Positions 33,700-45,148 of a stretch of DNA of 64,000 nt are shown one piece after another. The translations under genes and the position numbers were made by a program. The stretch lies in contig CAVXYC010000028.1 of the NCBI GenBank assembly GCA_963765765.1, positions 1 through 64,000 on the forward strand, in the 5' to 3' direction. Source of the stretch: an uncultured Chloroflexia bacterium. GTDB lineage: Bacteria > Chloroflexota > UBA6077 > JACCZL01. The notes under the pieces were generated by a model, which had not been told where the DNA came from, searched no databases, and worked only from the letters and a program-made list of their open reading frames with translations. Each line of letters starts with the position of its first letter. Positions within the stretch are counted from its first letter, which is position 1.

Positions 33700-34550
33700 A
33701 GCATGCTCGGCAGCTGGGCCACCGCTGATCTGCTCGCGATTTCCCCACGGCCTCCAATTGTGGAGGGACTTGTCCCTGCCCGCAGCCTGACCGTCCTGAC
33801 GGGCGAAGATTCCGCCGAGCGGCCTCAACGCCGTCACAGATATCGCGTGCTGTGTAGCAAGTGGCACTCGCTATTTGCGGCACCAAGTACGTGTCGGTAC
33901 CACGGCGTCCTGCCACCTTGACGGCCGACAGACAATCAGCAAGCGGCTCATCGACTGGAGTGAAGCACATCCCAACGCTAGCCTGGCTTCCCCTGCACAT
34001 CCTCCTCGGCCCAATCTCCGTCCTCGACCGGGCGACGTTAGCAAACTACGGAAAAGTCTGGAACGTATGCCGCAGGCGCCAGAGCTTATGGTCATCGACA
34101 ACCTGCCCTTTGCGATACACCCCGGAGATGAGAGCCACACTCAGCACATGGTGGGCGCCATGATGGCCTTGGACGACCTTCGCAGCACCCTAGACTACAG
34201 TGTTCTTATGGTCCAACCACTGAGTAAAATCGGGGGAGATCCAGGGCTCCAGTGCGATCCTGGACGCCGCTAAGAGATGGTGTTGAGCGTCAACGGTGAG
34301 CATGTTTGCCGTTGGCTTGGGACCAGCCCGACCGACACATACGGCAGAACGCGAAAGCCACGTCGCAGCAGAGGTGGCAAGTGACTCGACCATTGCGCAA
34401 CGAGAGAATCGTCGCGTCCGATCGGGTTCTTCGTCGGTCAAGAGTTGCGGGCAACAGCGTACTTGGAGAACCCGGGACCGAACCTGACGTGAACTGGCCT
34501 TCCATCCATATCATTATGGTGCCATTATGGTGCGATAACTAGCCACATCT
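33700..34550 (+). pseudogene. RepA-like AAA (AAA_25) helicase, degenerate
   Basis: PPIVEGLVPARSLTVLTG, PELMVIDNL (Walker B-like), LRSTLDYSVLMV. Confidence 0.6.
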
Positions 34551-34737
34551 ACACCACAATTAGGCAGAGGAGTATGGATCGAGTGGCGACAAATTGAGGC
34601 TCCCAGCAGATTCGCACGCTCACTTAAGCGATTGGCCGAATGAGGAAGACGCTACGATTGAACAGTCATGATCGTCCGGCTTGGTACGTGAAGCCCTTGC
34701 GCAGCGGGGATCCATCGTACGAGAGGAGAGCTAGGGG

Positions 34738-35925
34738 ATGTAAGCGCGGCAACGGTGAAGGGAGCATTTGGCGCCGGAAGGATGGACTCTGGCGCGGGCG
34801 GGTCATGGTGGGCACCCGGTCTGACGGTACACCGGACGTGCGAACGGTTCACGCCAAAACCCGGGCGAGGTGCAGCGGCGGCTCGACGACCTGAAACAGC
34901 GACTATAAACGGCACATTCGCGGGGGCCGCCCAGGAACGTGAGACGGTTGCGCGTACCTCAAAGGTGGCTCGGAGCAATCAAGACAAGCGTCCGGCCAAA
35001 GACCCTGGACTGGACCTGAGCAAGCCTGTTCCGCCTTCACCTAATGCCCAGGCCTCGGAAAACACCGCACATCGTGGAATTGAAGCCGGACCAGATTCAG
35101 CGCTTTATGCTGACAAGCAGGCATGCCGGCCTTGCACCCCGCACCGTCCATCACTGCACGCGGTCCTTCATCGAGCACTCGAAATGGCGATGAAGTGGGG
35201 TTATGTGCCCCGTAATGCCGCCGACGTTGTAGACGCCCCGACGCGTGCCACGCAAAGAGATCATCCCGCCCACGCCGTGGGACATTGTGCGGCTCCTTGA
35301 AACGGCCGAGGCCTCCGATGGACCGCTTGCGAGCGCTCTGGTTAACGTGGCCGCACTCGGGCTGCCGTTTCGGCGAACTGCTGGCCCTGCAATGGTCGGA
35401 CGTAAACTTGGAGCGCGGGACCTTGACTATTCGCCGAACGCTGGTCTCGTCCGCCGCCGGCGAGCCCACATATGGTGAGCCAGAAAGTATCGCGTCGCCG
35501 CCGCACCGTCAAGCTCGATACGGACGCGATTGGTGAGCTTCGTGCCCACCGCGATCGGCAGACTTGGGAGCGGCAGGCGCTGGGTGCGTAACGGCGAACG
35601 CAACCTCGTCTTCGCCACTGTTCGGGGTCTGGCCTACCGTCGAGCGCGGTTAGCCATCGGTTCAAACGGCTCTACGACGCGGGGGGCTGAGCAGTTCGAT
35701 TCGCTTCCACGATCTCCGCCACGCGAGCGCTACGGCGATGTTAACGCGGGCATCCATCCCAAAGCCGCATCCGCACGCCTGGGACACGAATATCGCCATC
35801 ACGATGGATCTGTACACCCATGCCCTCGGCGAACTCGACAGGAAGCCGCCGCGGATTGGAGGAGGTTTGCGGCGGGCTCGGGAGCCCCCGACGTGGGCTG
35901 GTTGGTCAGCCATTGGGACACGTAG
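34738..35925 (+). CDS. int: tyrosine integrase (phage/ICE type; multiple frameshifts)
   Basis: KRGNGEGSIWRRKDGLWRG, HAVLHRALEMA, GCRFGELLALQWSDV, RFHDLRH, ARLGH, ITMDLYTH. Confidence 0.92.
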
Positions 35926-35982
35926 AAAGAATAGGCCACGGCAATTGACATATGCCGCGGCTAATCTGAACTTGATAACCGG

Positions 35983-36065
35983 TGCCGAAGGGGGGATTCG
36001 AACCCCCATGAGGTTGCCCTCAACGGTGTTTGAGACCGTCGCGTCTGCCGTTCCGCCACTTCGGC
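35983..36065 (-). tRNA. tRNA-Leu(CAA)
   Basis: GCCGAAG/CTTCGGC acceptor stem, anticodon loop CTCAAAC, long variable arm, GGTTCGAATCC T-arm; no encoded CCA. Confidence 0.97.
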
Positions 36066-36146
36066 TGGCTCCGAAGATTATAGCGAAGCGCGATGGCGGA
36101 ATGGCGAGCAGGCGTTGCGGTACCTCGCGAGGGCCGTCGCGTTGGG

Positions 36147-36329
36147 TCCTCGGTGGCGCGGGTCTCCGTACCCGCCAGTCATCCTCGCTTCCCGTAGCTT
36201 CGGGCATCTTGACCGCTCGCGGAGCGCCGAAGTCCATCCAAGGGTAACGCGCTACGCGTCCGGGCAGGATCCCCGGGGCTACGGATAACCCGAGTGAGTT
36301 GGCGGGTACGAGACCCGCGCCACCGAGGA
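36147..36329. repeat. nested REP-like inverted-repeat doublets
   Basis: Outer IR 36147-36177 / 36300-36329; inner IR CCGTAGCTTCGGGCATCTTGACCG / CGGGCAGGATCCCCGGGGCTACGG. Confidence 0.8.
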
Positions 36330-36376
36330 GGAGCTTCACGACGCTGCGCTACGCGGTGCTCGAAGCGGGAGCCCGA

Positions 36377-36874
36377 CTAACAGCGCGAGAGGCCGCGGGC
36401 TATGATCCAGTCCTGGACGGATTGGGGGCCTGCTGGCATGGCGGCCAGGAGGTCGTTGAGATCTTGCTCCAGTGGCGATTCCGCGCCTTCACGACCGGTG
36501 GGGCTGGTGAGGTACGCCCAGGCATGGGCTTGCTCCTGGTGCGCGCGGATCTCGCTTTCCATGCACGCGGTGGGATCAAGGGCCCGACCTGCCTGGATGA
36601 GGTCCACAGCGTGGCGGGACTCGTGGGCCATGAGGGCGGCGAGCGCTTCGGCCGAGGCGTCCGCGTAGCCGCTGTCGATAAAAATCGTTCCGCCGTTGAT
36701 CACGGCGCCGCCGCGAGGCAGGAAGGCCGTGGGCTGGCCGCCGGGGGCACGACCGCGCGACCAGTTGACCTGCACGGCCGCTGCGTCCAGGGCCGCCACC
36801 AGGCCAGCGCCTTGCGCCTGGTCATAGTCAGCTAAAAAATGCAAATGCCGGCTCCAGGCCGGCGCCAACCGCAA
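36377..36874 (-). CDS. HExxH zincin-like hypothetical protein
   Basis: LAALMAHESRHAVD...ESEIRAH. Confidence 0.6.
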   Translation of the reverse strand: MRLAPAWSRHLHFLADYDQAQGAGLVAALDAAAVQVNWSRGRAPGGQPTAFLPRGGAVINGGTIFIDSGYADASAEALAALMAHESRHAVDLIQAGRALDPTACMESEIRAHQEQAHAWAYLTSPTGREGAESPLEQDLNDLLAAMPAGPQSVQDWIIARGLSRC

Positions 36875-36985
36875 CTTCAGCCGATACGGAACGCGGCACC
36901 ATAGATGAGAACATGCTGGTTGCTAGAAAAAGCGATGACGCGATGGTCCAGATGTGGCGCTTGTGCAATTCTGATCTTCCTCACC

Positions 36986-38034
36986 TTATCCCCCTTCCCA
37001 GAGGGACAGGGGGATTTTGTCACATTGCTCTAGCGGAGCCCAGTCTATGCCGCCGTACCCGCCTCGATCGGAGATCTTTCGACCTGCTCCACCGCTCGCA
37101 TCGAAGTGGTAGATACCACCGGGCGCGTACATCAAGAAATCTTGTCCATCGGGGGACCACGCCAGGGCAGGCTCATCTTCGCCGCTCGGCGCAAGCTTGC
37201 TCGTCTCCCCCGTCTCTGTATTAACGGCCCAGACGTCAAACGGGTCTCCATGCGCATAGGCGACAGGCACGTCGAACAATCTCACCAGGAAATGGCCGGG
37301 CGCTTCGGCTGATCCAACAGGGTTGGCGCCAGCGAAAGTGATCGACTTCCCATCGGGCGCAAATCGCGGCGATGAGATTGCGGTGAATCGGCCCGCCCTG
37401 GACGAGCTGCCGCGGCTCGCCGCCATCAGTGCTCATCATCCACAGCTCCTGGCCGAGGCGTGAGTCACGTAGGAACGAGACCTGACGGCCGTCTCGGGAC
37501 ACCCACGGCGCGTAACCCTCGGTGATTGAGGTCCGAGTATTCGTCTCGCGGTCAAGTTTCTCAACTCGGGAGACGAACCGCTGTCCCTCTTGCTTCAATG
37601 TGCTGAAGTAAAGTGTTTTCCCGTCTGGCGACCACGCGGGAAAATCCACCTGCGCGCCGGGAATGTCCCGTTCAACCAGAATCGCTCGGCTCCCCGCCTT
37701 CGGCGGGAATGACGAAGATCTCCGCACTGGTCGCCGGATCGCCCGGCTTACGGTAAAAGTAGCCGTAGGCGATCTCAGAACCGGACGGAGCCCAGGTAGC
37801 CGATGTGACGGAAGCGCCTCGGTCCGGATTGAGCAGACGGTTTTCCTTGAGCGATGGAAGCTCAAATGTGGAGAGGCCGGCATCCATGGGAATGACTACG
37901 CGACCGCTCAGCTCGCGCGTCGCTGTGGGCGTCTGCGGGGCGATCGTCATCGATCGACCAAACGCCGTTGCGCCGTAGGCTCCCAGCGCCAACAGACCCA
38001 CCACAAGGCAGGTTCCGATCAAGCGTCCTAGCAT
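36986..38034 (-). CDS. TolB-like PD40 beta-propeller protein (frameshifted)
   Basis: Signal/TM segment; WAPSGSEIAY, PAWSPDGKTLYF, PRFAPDGKSITF, LAWSPDGQ. Confidence 0.85.
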
Positions 38035-38053
38035 GCGTTTAGCAACGTCTGAG

Positions 38054-40264
38054 TCAGAGCCTCGGCTCGGCTGTAATGGCCCGAATCGCGTTCACGAGGT
38101 GCCAGCGATCGTCATCGGAGAGCTCGTTCGCAAAGCCGGGCATCTCAGTTCCGTTAATGCCATTGGAGATCCAGAAATACAGGTCTCCATCCGAGTGTCC
38201 CGCGGACAAGTGTACCCGAAGATCCGTCAGCCTCCCGCCACTTTCGGCGACGCGAGCTCCGTCACCCCGACCGTCACGACCATGGCATTCCGCGCAGGCC
38301 CGCTCGTAAGTCTCCCGCCCTCTAACAACCGATTGCTCAGTCGCGGAGATCGGATTCACAGAGCGGCGAACATTGAGCGTGGTTACTGCCTCGCTCGGAG
38401 TGGGCCGCACCGCCACGTAGCCGCCAAGGAGCACGATTGCCGCGGTGGCAGCGATGAGGCCCCGTGCCTCACCGGAGCGTGTTCCCAGCGATTTGACAAC
38501 GAACGCAAACATGCCCAGACCTAGCCCAATCAGTCCGAGTGCAACCATCACTGAGGCAGTCAGTGCTCCACCACGCAAGACGGGCGGCGGCAGCACGGGG
38601 GTACCGGGCCCTACCAGGCTTAGCGGCGCTCGAACCAACAGGTCCTCACCACTATCCAGCCGAACGACGCTCTCCAGCAACCAGCCACCCGCCATGCTCA
38701 GCATTGGCCCGCGCACCACGAGAGCGCCGCTCTCGTCCGGATCGAGCCGAGCTCCACTCGGCGGAAAGTCATCATCCTGGAACGTAGCCAGCACCCGTGC
38801 TGACACAATCCTCCCGCGCAACTCGTCCGGCGGCTGGAGAACGATCGTGTTCTCACCTGGCCGCCCGGGATCAATCCGCGTCAGCCAGTTGAGATCGCCA
38901 ACCACAGTCCGCGTCTCAATCGGCCGGGCGCGAAGCTGTTGCTGGTACGTCTGCCAGGCCGGCGGAAGATAGACCAGGACCGCCGTAACGCCGAGCGCTA
39001 GAGCGGCCAGACCAATCTCGAGTCTCGTCCTTCGAACGACGGCGGCAACCGAATCGATCGTCCGTGCACGGTGGGCATGAACGAGCCTCCTGGCTTGCCA
39101 GGCAATTGCGACGATCGCCGTTACCGTGATGAGCTTTGCCAGCAGAAGCTGGCCTGGCAGCGTCTCGATCAACGCACGGGGGTCCCCCACAAGCACCAGT
39201 GTCTGACCAAAGCCGCTCAAGACAATCGCGACGAATGACCCCAGAGCCATCCGTGCAACTGGCCCCGCCAGCACCAACGCTGCACCGGTCGAAGCGGCCA
39301 GAACGAGTCCCACCGCAGCGCCCAACCAGAGCCCGATCGCTACAAGATGTAGCCAGCTCAGCCCGACGCCAACCCATGAGCCGTCCATGGCCGACGACGC
39401 GTGGGAGAGCGATGCAAACGTGTACAGCGCCAGCCCCGCCAGAATCACGGCGCCGCCCCAGCGTTGCGCTCGCTCTGATTCGGCCAGCCGCTGCTGGTAG
39501 CGCAGCACGCCGAACACGGCCGCGCCCAGTGCCATCCGCCCGAGCCAGAAAGCGCCGTAACGCGTGCGCACCACCAGGTTCTCGGCCGACGCTAATATGG
39601 AGCTCAACGAGGCTTCGTCAGCCAGCTCCACGGCCTGTTGGATGAGCAGAGCCAGGCTGGAGCACGCGAATAACAACGAGCTCCAGAACACTAGCCGAGT
39701 TAACCGACTGTCCACGGCCACCCGCTGTTGCGACGTGAGAGACGGCCGGACGGGCCCGACGGCAAAGACTCGAAAAGCCGGGATGCCAACCAGGAATAAT
39801 GCGGCGATGTAGCCGACCAGGCGAAGAGCGGCTCCAATCCAAAGGGATGGCTGCCTGAGTACCTCCGTTACCCCTAGCCCGGTCGCTGACTCGCTCGTCC
39901 CGAACGCGAACGTGACCACTCCGCGGTCGATATGACCATCGATGGCAGACAGCGCACGATAAGAGATCGTGTAGACGCCCGGCTGCAGATTCTCCACGGG
40001 CGCGCTCAACACTCGACCCGTTTCGGTGTCAATTCGGCCTACGACGCGATCTACTCGACGACCGCGGGCGTCAAGCAACGAGAGATCGGTCATCCCGGCC
40101 GCGACTGGCTCGGAGAAGTAGAGCCGAAGCTCCGAGGGCGGCTCATCCAGGCTGGAGCTCATCGGCGGGTCGGAGCCCAGAAGCTCAGCGTGAGCCGAGA
40201 CATATTCAGGGCAGATGAGCCAGACGCCCAGCAGCACTAGAGACGCCAGAACGCGAGAGCGCAT
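38054..40264 (-). CDS. CopC-CopD fusion with YtkA-like domain and C-terminal cytochrome c
   Basis: SAHAELLGSDP, SAIDGHI, SHA / WLHLVAIGLWLG, PGRPGENTI, CAECHGRDG...GTEMPGF. Confidence 0.9.
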   Translation of the reverse strand: MRSRVLASLVLLGVWLICPEYVSAHAELLGSDPPMSSSLDEPPSELRLYFSEPVAAGMTDLSLLDARGRRVDRVVGRIDTETGRVLSAPVENLQPGVYTISYRALSAIDGHIDRGVVTFAFGTSESATGLGVTEVLRQPSLWIGAALRLVGYIAALFLVGIPAFRVFAVGPVRPSLTSQQRVAVDSRLTRLVFWSSLLFACSSLALLIQQAVELADEASLSSILASAENLVVRTRYGAFWLGRMALGAAVFGVLRYQQRLAESERAQRWGGAVILAGLALYTFASLSHASSAMDGSWVGVGLSWLHLVAIGLWLGAAVGLVLAASTGAALVLAGPVARMALGSFVAIVLSGFGQTLVLVGDPRALIETLPGQLLLAKLITVTAIVAIAWQARRLVHAHRARTIDSVAAVVRRTRLEIGLAALALGVTAVLVYLPPAWQTYQQQLRARPIETRTVVGDLNWLTRIDPGRPGENTIVLQPPDELRGRIVSARVLATFQDDDFPPSGARLDPDESGALVVRGPMLSMAGGWLLESVVRLDSGEDLLVRAPLSLVGPGTPVLPPPVLRGGALTASVMVALGLIGLGLGMFAFVVKSLGTRSGEARGLIAATAAIVLLGGYVAVRPTPSEAVTTLNVRRSVNPISATEQSVVRGRETYERACAECHGRDGRGDGARVAESGGRLTDLRVHLSAGHSDGDLYFWISNGINGTEMPGFANELSDDDRWHLVNAIRAITAEPRL

Positions 40265-40266
40265 GC

Positions 40267-40476
40267 TCAGGGCTGCTCGGGTTGCTTCTCGTTCACTCCG
40301 TCAGCGGTGCCGATGATTTCGTCATCCGCCTCGTCGTCCCGCGAAGAGCGGTTTGTCCATTTCACAACAACAACCGCCAGGATCACGCCAACCGCCAGAA
40401 TGATGAGCTCATCCCAGCCACCCGCCATCCCGTGCAACAGAAGCAAATTGCCGGGCAGCAGCGGAGCATCAAGCAT
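40267..40476 (-). CDS. small membrane protein
   Basis: LHGMAGGWDEL + TM segment, adjacent to copCD. Confidence 0.55.
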   Translation of the reverse strand: MLDAPLLPGNLLLLHGMAGGWDELIILAVGVILAVVVVKWTNRSSRDDEADDEIIGTADGVNEKQPEQP

Positions 40477-40724
40477 GCACAACCATTCCGAGGAAACTAT
40501 ACTCGGGCGACATATCCATGCGTCGAAACCTGCTGCTCACCGCGCTCGTAGTGCTGACCGCTGTCTACCTCTACTGGTCGCGTAACGTCATCACGCGCGT
40601 CCCCGGCTATACGACTCCGATCGGTCAGACGCCCACGGTGCTGCAGAAACCGTAGTGTCTTGCTCGGTGGCGTCGAGCATCTTGCCAGAGCCCACCAGTA
40701 TCTCCAGATACTGACGTTCAGCAG

Positions 40725-40817
40725 CCGTAGCGCCGGGCATCCTGCCCCCGCGCCAAGCCTGGGTATCTAGTTGAGAAATCTACGCTTTGCGTGCGGGCAG
40801 GATGCCCGGCGCTACGG
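40725..40817. repeat. GTAG-type REP doublet (23-bp perfect inverted repeat)
   Basis: CCGTAGCGCCGGGCATCCTGCCC / GGGCAGGATGCCCGGCGCTACGG. Confidence 0.85.
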
Positions 40818-40942
40818 GCCTATCGATCTGATGCCTGGGTCGGAAAGTGGAGCGGTCTGAGTAGCTGCCGCTATCGACCACTTCTTGACGAGCGGGTGCG
40901 GAGACCGCGCCACCGGGGCCACGGGTCCGGGGCGCGATTCAC

Positions 40943-41968
40943 CTAGCCGCCGATATACGACATCTCGACTTTGGGGAGATCGGTGGTGGCCTCGGAGCGG
41001 AGCTCTGAGTAGCGGTCGGTCCGTGATTGCCAGGTGCCACGCACGAGGGAGGCAATCTGGTCATCCGTGTCGCCACGACGGAGCGCCTCGCGGAAGTCGA
41101 CACCGTTGACGCCGAACAGGCAAGTGAACAGCTTGCCTTCAGACGAAAGACGAGCGCGGGTGCAGCCCTGGCAGAACGGTTGCGTCACCGAGGCGATGAC
41201 TCCGACCTCGCCTGATCCGTCAACGTAGCGGAATCGATTTGCGACTTCCCCAGGATAGGTCGGTGGTACAGGCTCCAGTGGCAAGACCTCGCTGATACGT
41301 TGAACGATCTCCTTAGCGGATACCACATCGTCCATGCGCCAGCCGTTGGTGTGTCCCACATCCATGAACTCGATGAAACGTACGATATGCCCGGCGTCAC
41401 GGAAATATCGCGCCATGGGAACGATGTCCTGCTCGTTCAGCCCTCGCTTGACGACCATATTGACCTTGATTGGGCCGAGTCCAGCGGACGAGGCCGCCTC
41501 AATGCCTTCGAGGACGTTCTCAACTGGAAAGGCCACGTCGTTCATAGCCTGAAACGTCTCGTTGTTGAGCGAATCAAGGCTGACCGTCACGCGGCTCAAG
41601 CCTGCTTCCTTCAGAGCCACAGCTTTCCGAGCCAGCAAAGAGCCATTGGTCGTGAGCGCGATGTCCTCGAGGCCGGGCAACGCGCTGAGCATCGCCACCA
41701 GACGCTCAATATCGCGTCTGACAAGCGGCTCGCCGCCCGTTAGTCGGACTTTCCGCATTCCGTGATCGATAAATATGCGGGCAAGCCTGGTGATCTCTTC
41801 GAAACTCAACAGCGCCGCTGACGGAAGGAATGCGAAGTCTGGTCCGAATATCTCTTTGGGCATGCAGTAGACGCAGCGAAAATTGCACCGGTCTGTCACT
41901 GAGATGCGGAGATCGCGTAACGGACGGTTGAGTTGGTCAACGATCGTAAGAGGTTCTGTCATGGTCAC
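40943..41968 (-). CDS. moaA: GTP 3',8-cyclase
   Basis: [28 protein letters not shown]...TCLF, C-terminal MSYIGG. Confidence 0.98.
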   Translation of the reverse strand: MTMTEPLTIVDQLNRPLRDLRISVTDRCNFRCVYCMPKEIFGPDFAFLPSAALLSFEEITRLARIFIDHGMRKVRLTGGEPLVRRDIERLVAMLSALPGLEDIALTTNGSLLARKAVALKEAGLSRVTVSLDSLNNETFQAMNDVAFPVENVLEGIEAASSAGLGPIKVNMVVKRGLNEQDIVPMARYFRDAGHIVRFIEFMDVGHTNGWRMDDVVSAKEIVQRISEVLPLEPVPPTYPGEVANRFRYVDGSGEVGVIASVTQPFCQGCTRARLSSEGKLFTCLFGVNGVDFREALRRGDTDDQIASLVRGTWQSRTDRYSELRSEATTDLPKVEMSYIGG

Positions 41969-42073
41969 TCTAGAGACGAATAATCGTCACGGATATAGAC
42001 ACCCAAATAATCCGACTGTTTTCCTAGGTTATTGACAAGTATACCAGTCCAGCGGTCATCACCTCACTCGTAG

Positions 42074-42529
42074 TCACGCGTCTGCCTTATCACGCGCACT
42101 GATCGCTCGAGCGCACCAGCCTTGTACTTCCTCGTTGACGCCCAGCTTCTGGAGCTCGTCCAGCGCGTACCATCCCGCCTGCACTGAGCTTGCGTGGACC
42201 GGGTCGATCTGAGAGTACTCAAGAGGCACCGCGAAGTAAATCAGATCTATGTGCTGATGTCGCGGAGCTATGTCCTCCAACTGAATCCCCGCCGGTCGAA
42301 TGAGCTGGCGAGGATAGTCGATCGGAAGACCGCGATAGCCGCTGAGCATTATGTCGACTCCCGTTTCTTCGTACACTTCGCGAACAGCGGCCTCGTCCGG
42401 AAGCTCGCCTGGCTCGATGTGTCCACCAGGCGGTAGCCACATCCCGAGCTTCACATGACGGTGCAAGAGCACTCGACGGTCCGAGACGACGAAGACAGCA
42501 ACGGTAAAATGGCGATCGATCTCAGTCAT
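42074..42529 (-). CDS. NUDIX hydrolase
   Basis: GGHIEPGELPDEAAVREVYEETG. Confidence 0.92.
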   Translation of the reverse strand: MTEIDRHFTVAVFVVSDRRVLLHRHVKLGMWLPPGGHIEPGELPDEAAVREVYEETGVDIMLSGYRGLPIDYPRQLIRPAGIQLEDIAPRHQHIDLIYFAVPLEYSQIDPVHASSVQAGWYALDELQKLGVNEEVQGWCARAISARDKADA

Positions 42530-42690
42530 TGGCAGCAGATGCTAGCACGCACACGAATCGAGCCTTGAAATAGAATCAATGCGCCTGGAATGTCGACTCG
42601 GCTCGTTTGGGACGTCTTACGCACACTACGATTCCCATCGTTGCCGACGACTCCCCACGGCCCTCGCAGAGGCCGAGCGCGCGAGACATC

Positions 42691-43260
42691 GATGGTTCTG
42701 ATGCAATTGAGCACTGAAACCTTGACAGCGCTTGACCGCGCGCTTGCGCGACGGGTTAACCTTGCCACAAGGAAATCCCAACGACTGTCCTCCGCCGCCT
42801 CCACGCTGGCAACAACTGGCTCGTGGGCGGCGGCCACGCTTCTCACGCTGAGCTGGCTGCGCTTCTGGCTGACGCGAAGGTCGCAGGCACGCCACGGTAC
42901 TGAGCGAGCATTCTTGAGCGTCGGCCTGACCTATGTGGTGGTCGAGGCAATCGGCCGAGCATTGCCTCGGGTCCGCCCGTTTGCTGGGTTAGATGACATG
43001 CTCGAGCTCGTGGCGCATGCAGATCGTCGATCGTTTCCTCTCGGCATGTCGCGTCGGCATTCGCCATGTCGACTGCCATAGCCAGAACATCGAGAGAGCT
43101 CGGCTGGAGTTTTGCAATGATCGGTGCGCTCCTTGGAGGAGCGCGAATCGCCGCCGGAGTGCACTATCCCAGTGACATCATTGGTGGAGCGTTCCTGGGC
43201 GCAGCCATCGGCCGCGCGATGAGGGGCAAATCGAGGTGCGCTGGTCTACCGGGCCTTTAG
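42691..43260 (+). CDS. PAP2-family phosphatase (frameshifted)
   Basis: RVRPF, SFP(S)RH, ARIAAGVHYPSDIIGG. Confidence 0.85.
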
Positions 43261-43760
43261 TCGCTCTGAGCTACGCGACCGTGCAGCTCGAGCCGATACT
43301 CTGCGGACTGACCAGAACTGAACGAGCTCATGTAGTCGCCTGACCCCGTGACGTCAGCACAACCGGTAGTGCCCCGAACGATCCACCAGTCGCCCTTGCC
43401 GACGTAGCGGTTGACATCACCACGGTACCGAAGGAGCAGCGTACCCGCATCCGATGCGATCTCCATGGTGCCTTCATGAGACCCAGCATAATGAGGCACA
43501 GACAGCACCGCTTCCTCAGATACTCGCAAGCTACCACGAAAACAACCGGATGCTTCGTCCGCACTCATTCGGACCTGATACTCGCGGCCGGTCACTCGAA
43601 ATCGCCCATCACCCACCGGCTGAAGAACGCCACCTGACGCGACACTCCCCGTACCCACACCACTTAGTGGCCCAACCAGGCTCGCGGCTGCGGCCGGCAT
43701 TGCTGAGACTGTCAGCGCAGCAGCCGCTAGAACTACTTGGATGGATCGGTGTACGCGGAG
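43257..43760 (-). CDS. secreted hypothetical protein
   Basis: Signal peptide, beta-rich domain ending WWIVRGTTG. Confidence 0.55.
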   Translation of the reverse strand, partial: LRVHRSIQVVLAAAALTVSAMPAAAASLVGPLSGVGTGSVASGGVLQPVGDGRFRVTGREYQVRMSADEASGCFRGSLRVSEEAVLSVPHYAGSHEGTMEIASDAGTLLLRYRGDVNRYVGKGDWWIVRGTTGCADVTGSGDYMSSFSSGQSAEYRLELHGRVAQSD

Positions 43761-44074
43761 CATCCGGTGAGTTGTCCTTTGCACTTTCGTACTCACTGTA
43801 ACGCCCAAAAGACCAAAAGGGATCACTTCTCGGAGTCAATTCGAGAATTTCCAAAAAACTCGTCAAACCACCATCTGCACCATTCCAAATTCGGCGCTTG
43901 AGGACGCCCCTCAGAACGCGGGGCCGGCAACCGCCAAACACGGTGTCGTGCCTATGCGGCCGCCTGGTATGCCAAGCCCGCGTGGGGACACGGCGGATAT
44001 CCAGGTGGCGGCCGGAAGCGACGTAGCTCCGGCGAATGTCCGTCCTGCGCTGATTCGAGGGCGCACCGGGGTCC

Positions 44075-44972
44075 TCACCTTTGCGCCGAGAAGCCCACCA
44101 GAAGGACGCCGGCCACAATCACTCCCACGCCTATAAGCTGCGTGCGCCGAAGTCGCTCTCCAAGTAGCCCCGCGGAGAGCAAAGCGACGAATAACGGACT
44201 GCTGCTCAGGATGGGGGCGACGGTGCGCAACGTCGCCCGCTTTCAGGGCGCTGAACTGAAACCAGAACGCTCCAACGTCGGCGAGCAGTCCGGCACAGGC
44301 GGCGCCGAGAAGACCTTTCGGTTTTACTGTTCGCAAGGCGCCGCGCCCGCCCGAGGAGGCAAGGGCAATGACGCCGAGCGACACCCCGAACACGGCGCTG
44401 GCAAGCCCGGTCCGTACGAGATTCACCTGGACCTCGCTCAAGGTCATTACGGCCAGCTTCCAAAGGGGATTGTTAAGACCCCAGCATAGCGCCGTTCCAG
44501 CAGCAAGGGCGATACCAAGGATACTCACGGTCTTTGTGCCGCGGCCGCCAACACTCCCTTGCACAAGCCAGACTCCTACGAGAACGACGACCGCACCGGC
44601 CACGGTGGCCCCGCTGGGTCGCTCTCCGAGCCACACAGCCGCAATGGCAACGGTGACGAGGACGGACACTTGCGTGATTGAAAAGGCGACCGAGATGTCC
44701 AGCCGGCTCACCGCGCGAGTGTAGAGATTCCACGAGATAAGGGGCCCCAGAATCGCTCCGGCAAGCGCATAGCCCAATCCTTCATCCCATTGGAAGGTGG
44801 GCCAGAGATTGAGCCCCGTAGCGATGAGGAGCAGGAAGGTAAGCGAGGTGAGCCATCGAATAGGGAGATACAGCCACGGAGGAATGGCACCCATGGCACC
44901 TTTCGTGGCGATCTGCGCGAATGCTCCTACAATGGCCGACGCCAGGGCGAGAAGCTCAGCGTTTCCGCTCAC
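44075..44972 (-). CDS. DMT/EamA family transporter
   Basis: About 10 TM segments, WLGERPS, ALKAGDVA; frameshift near the 3' end. Confidence 0.88.
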
Positions 44973-45148
44973 ATGCGTGAGCGCTTACAGACCATACGTT
45001 TTTTGAGCTTCTGATCCAACTCGGAAAGAGCTCGACGTGAGAGTGCGCCGCGCAACCGACGTCGAGCTCCGCGCATCCGCTCAGGCCACGGTGGCCGCAT
45101 GTCCCAATTGAGGGCTTGACCGGCCTACCGTGGCAATGAAGCCTGGTA

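Noticed and set aside
33422-35925. Intact prophage
   Set aside because: No capsid, terminase, portal or tail genes are recognisable in the window
41969-42073. Moco riboswitch before moaA
   Set aside because: Short AT-rich promoter-like DNA without recognisable stems
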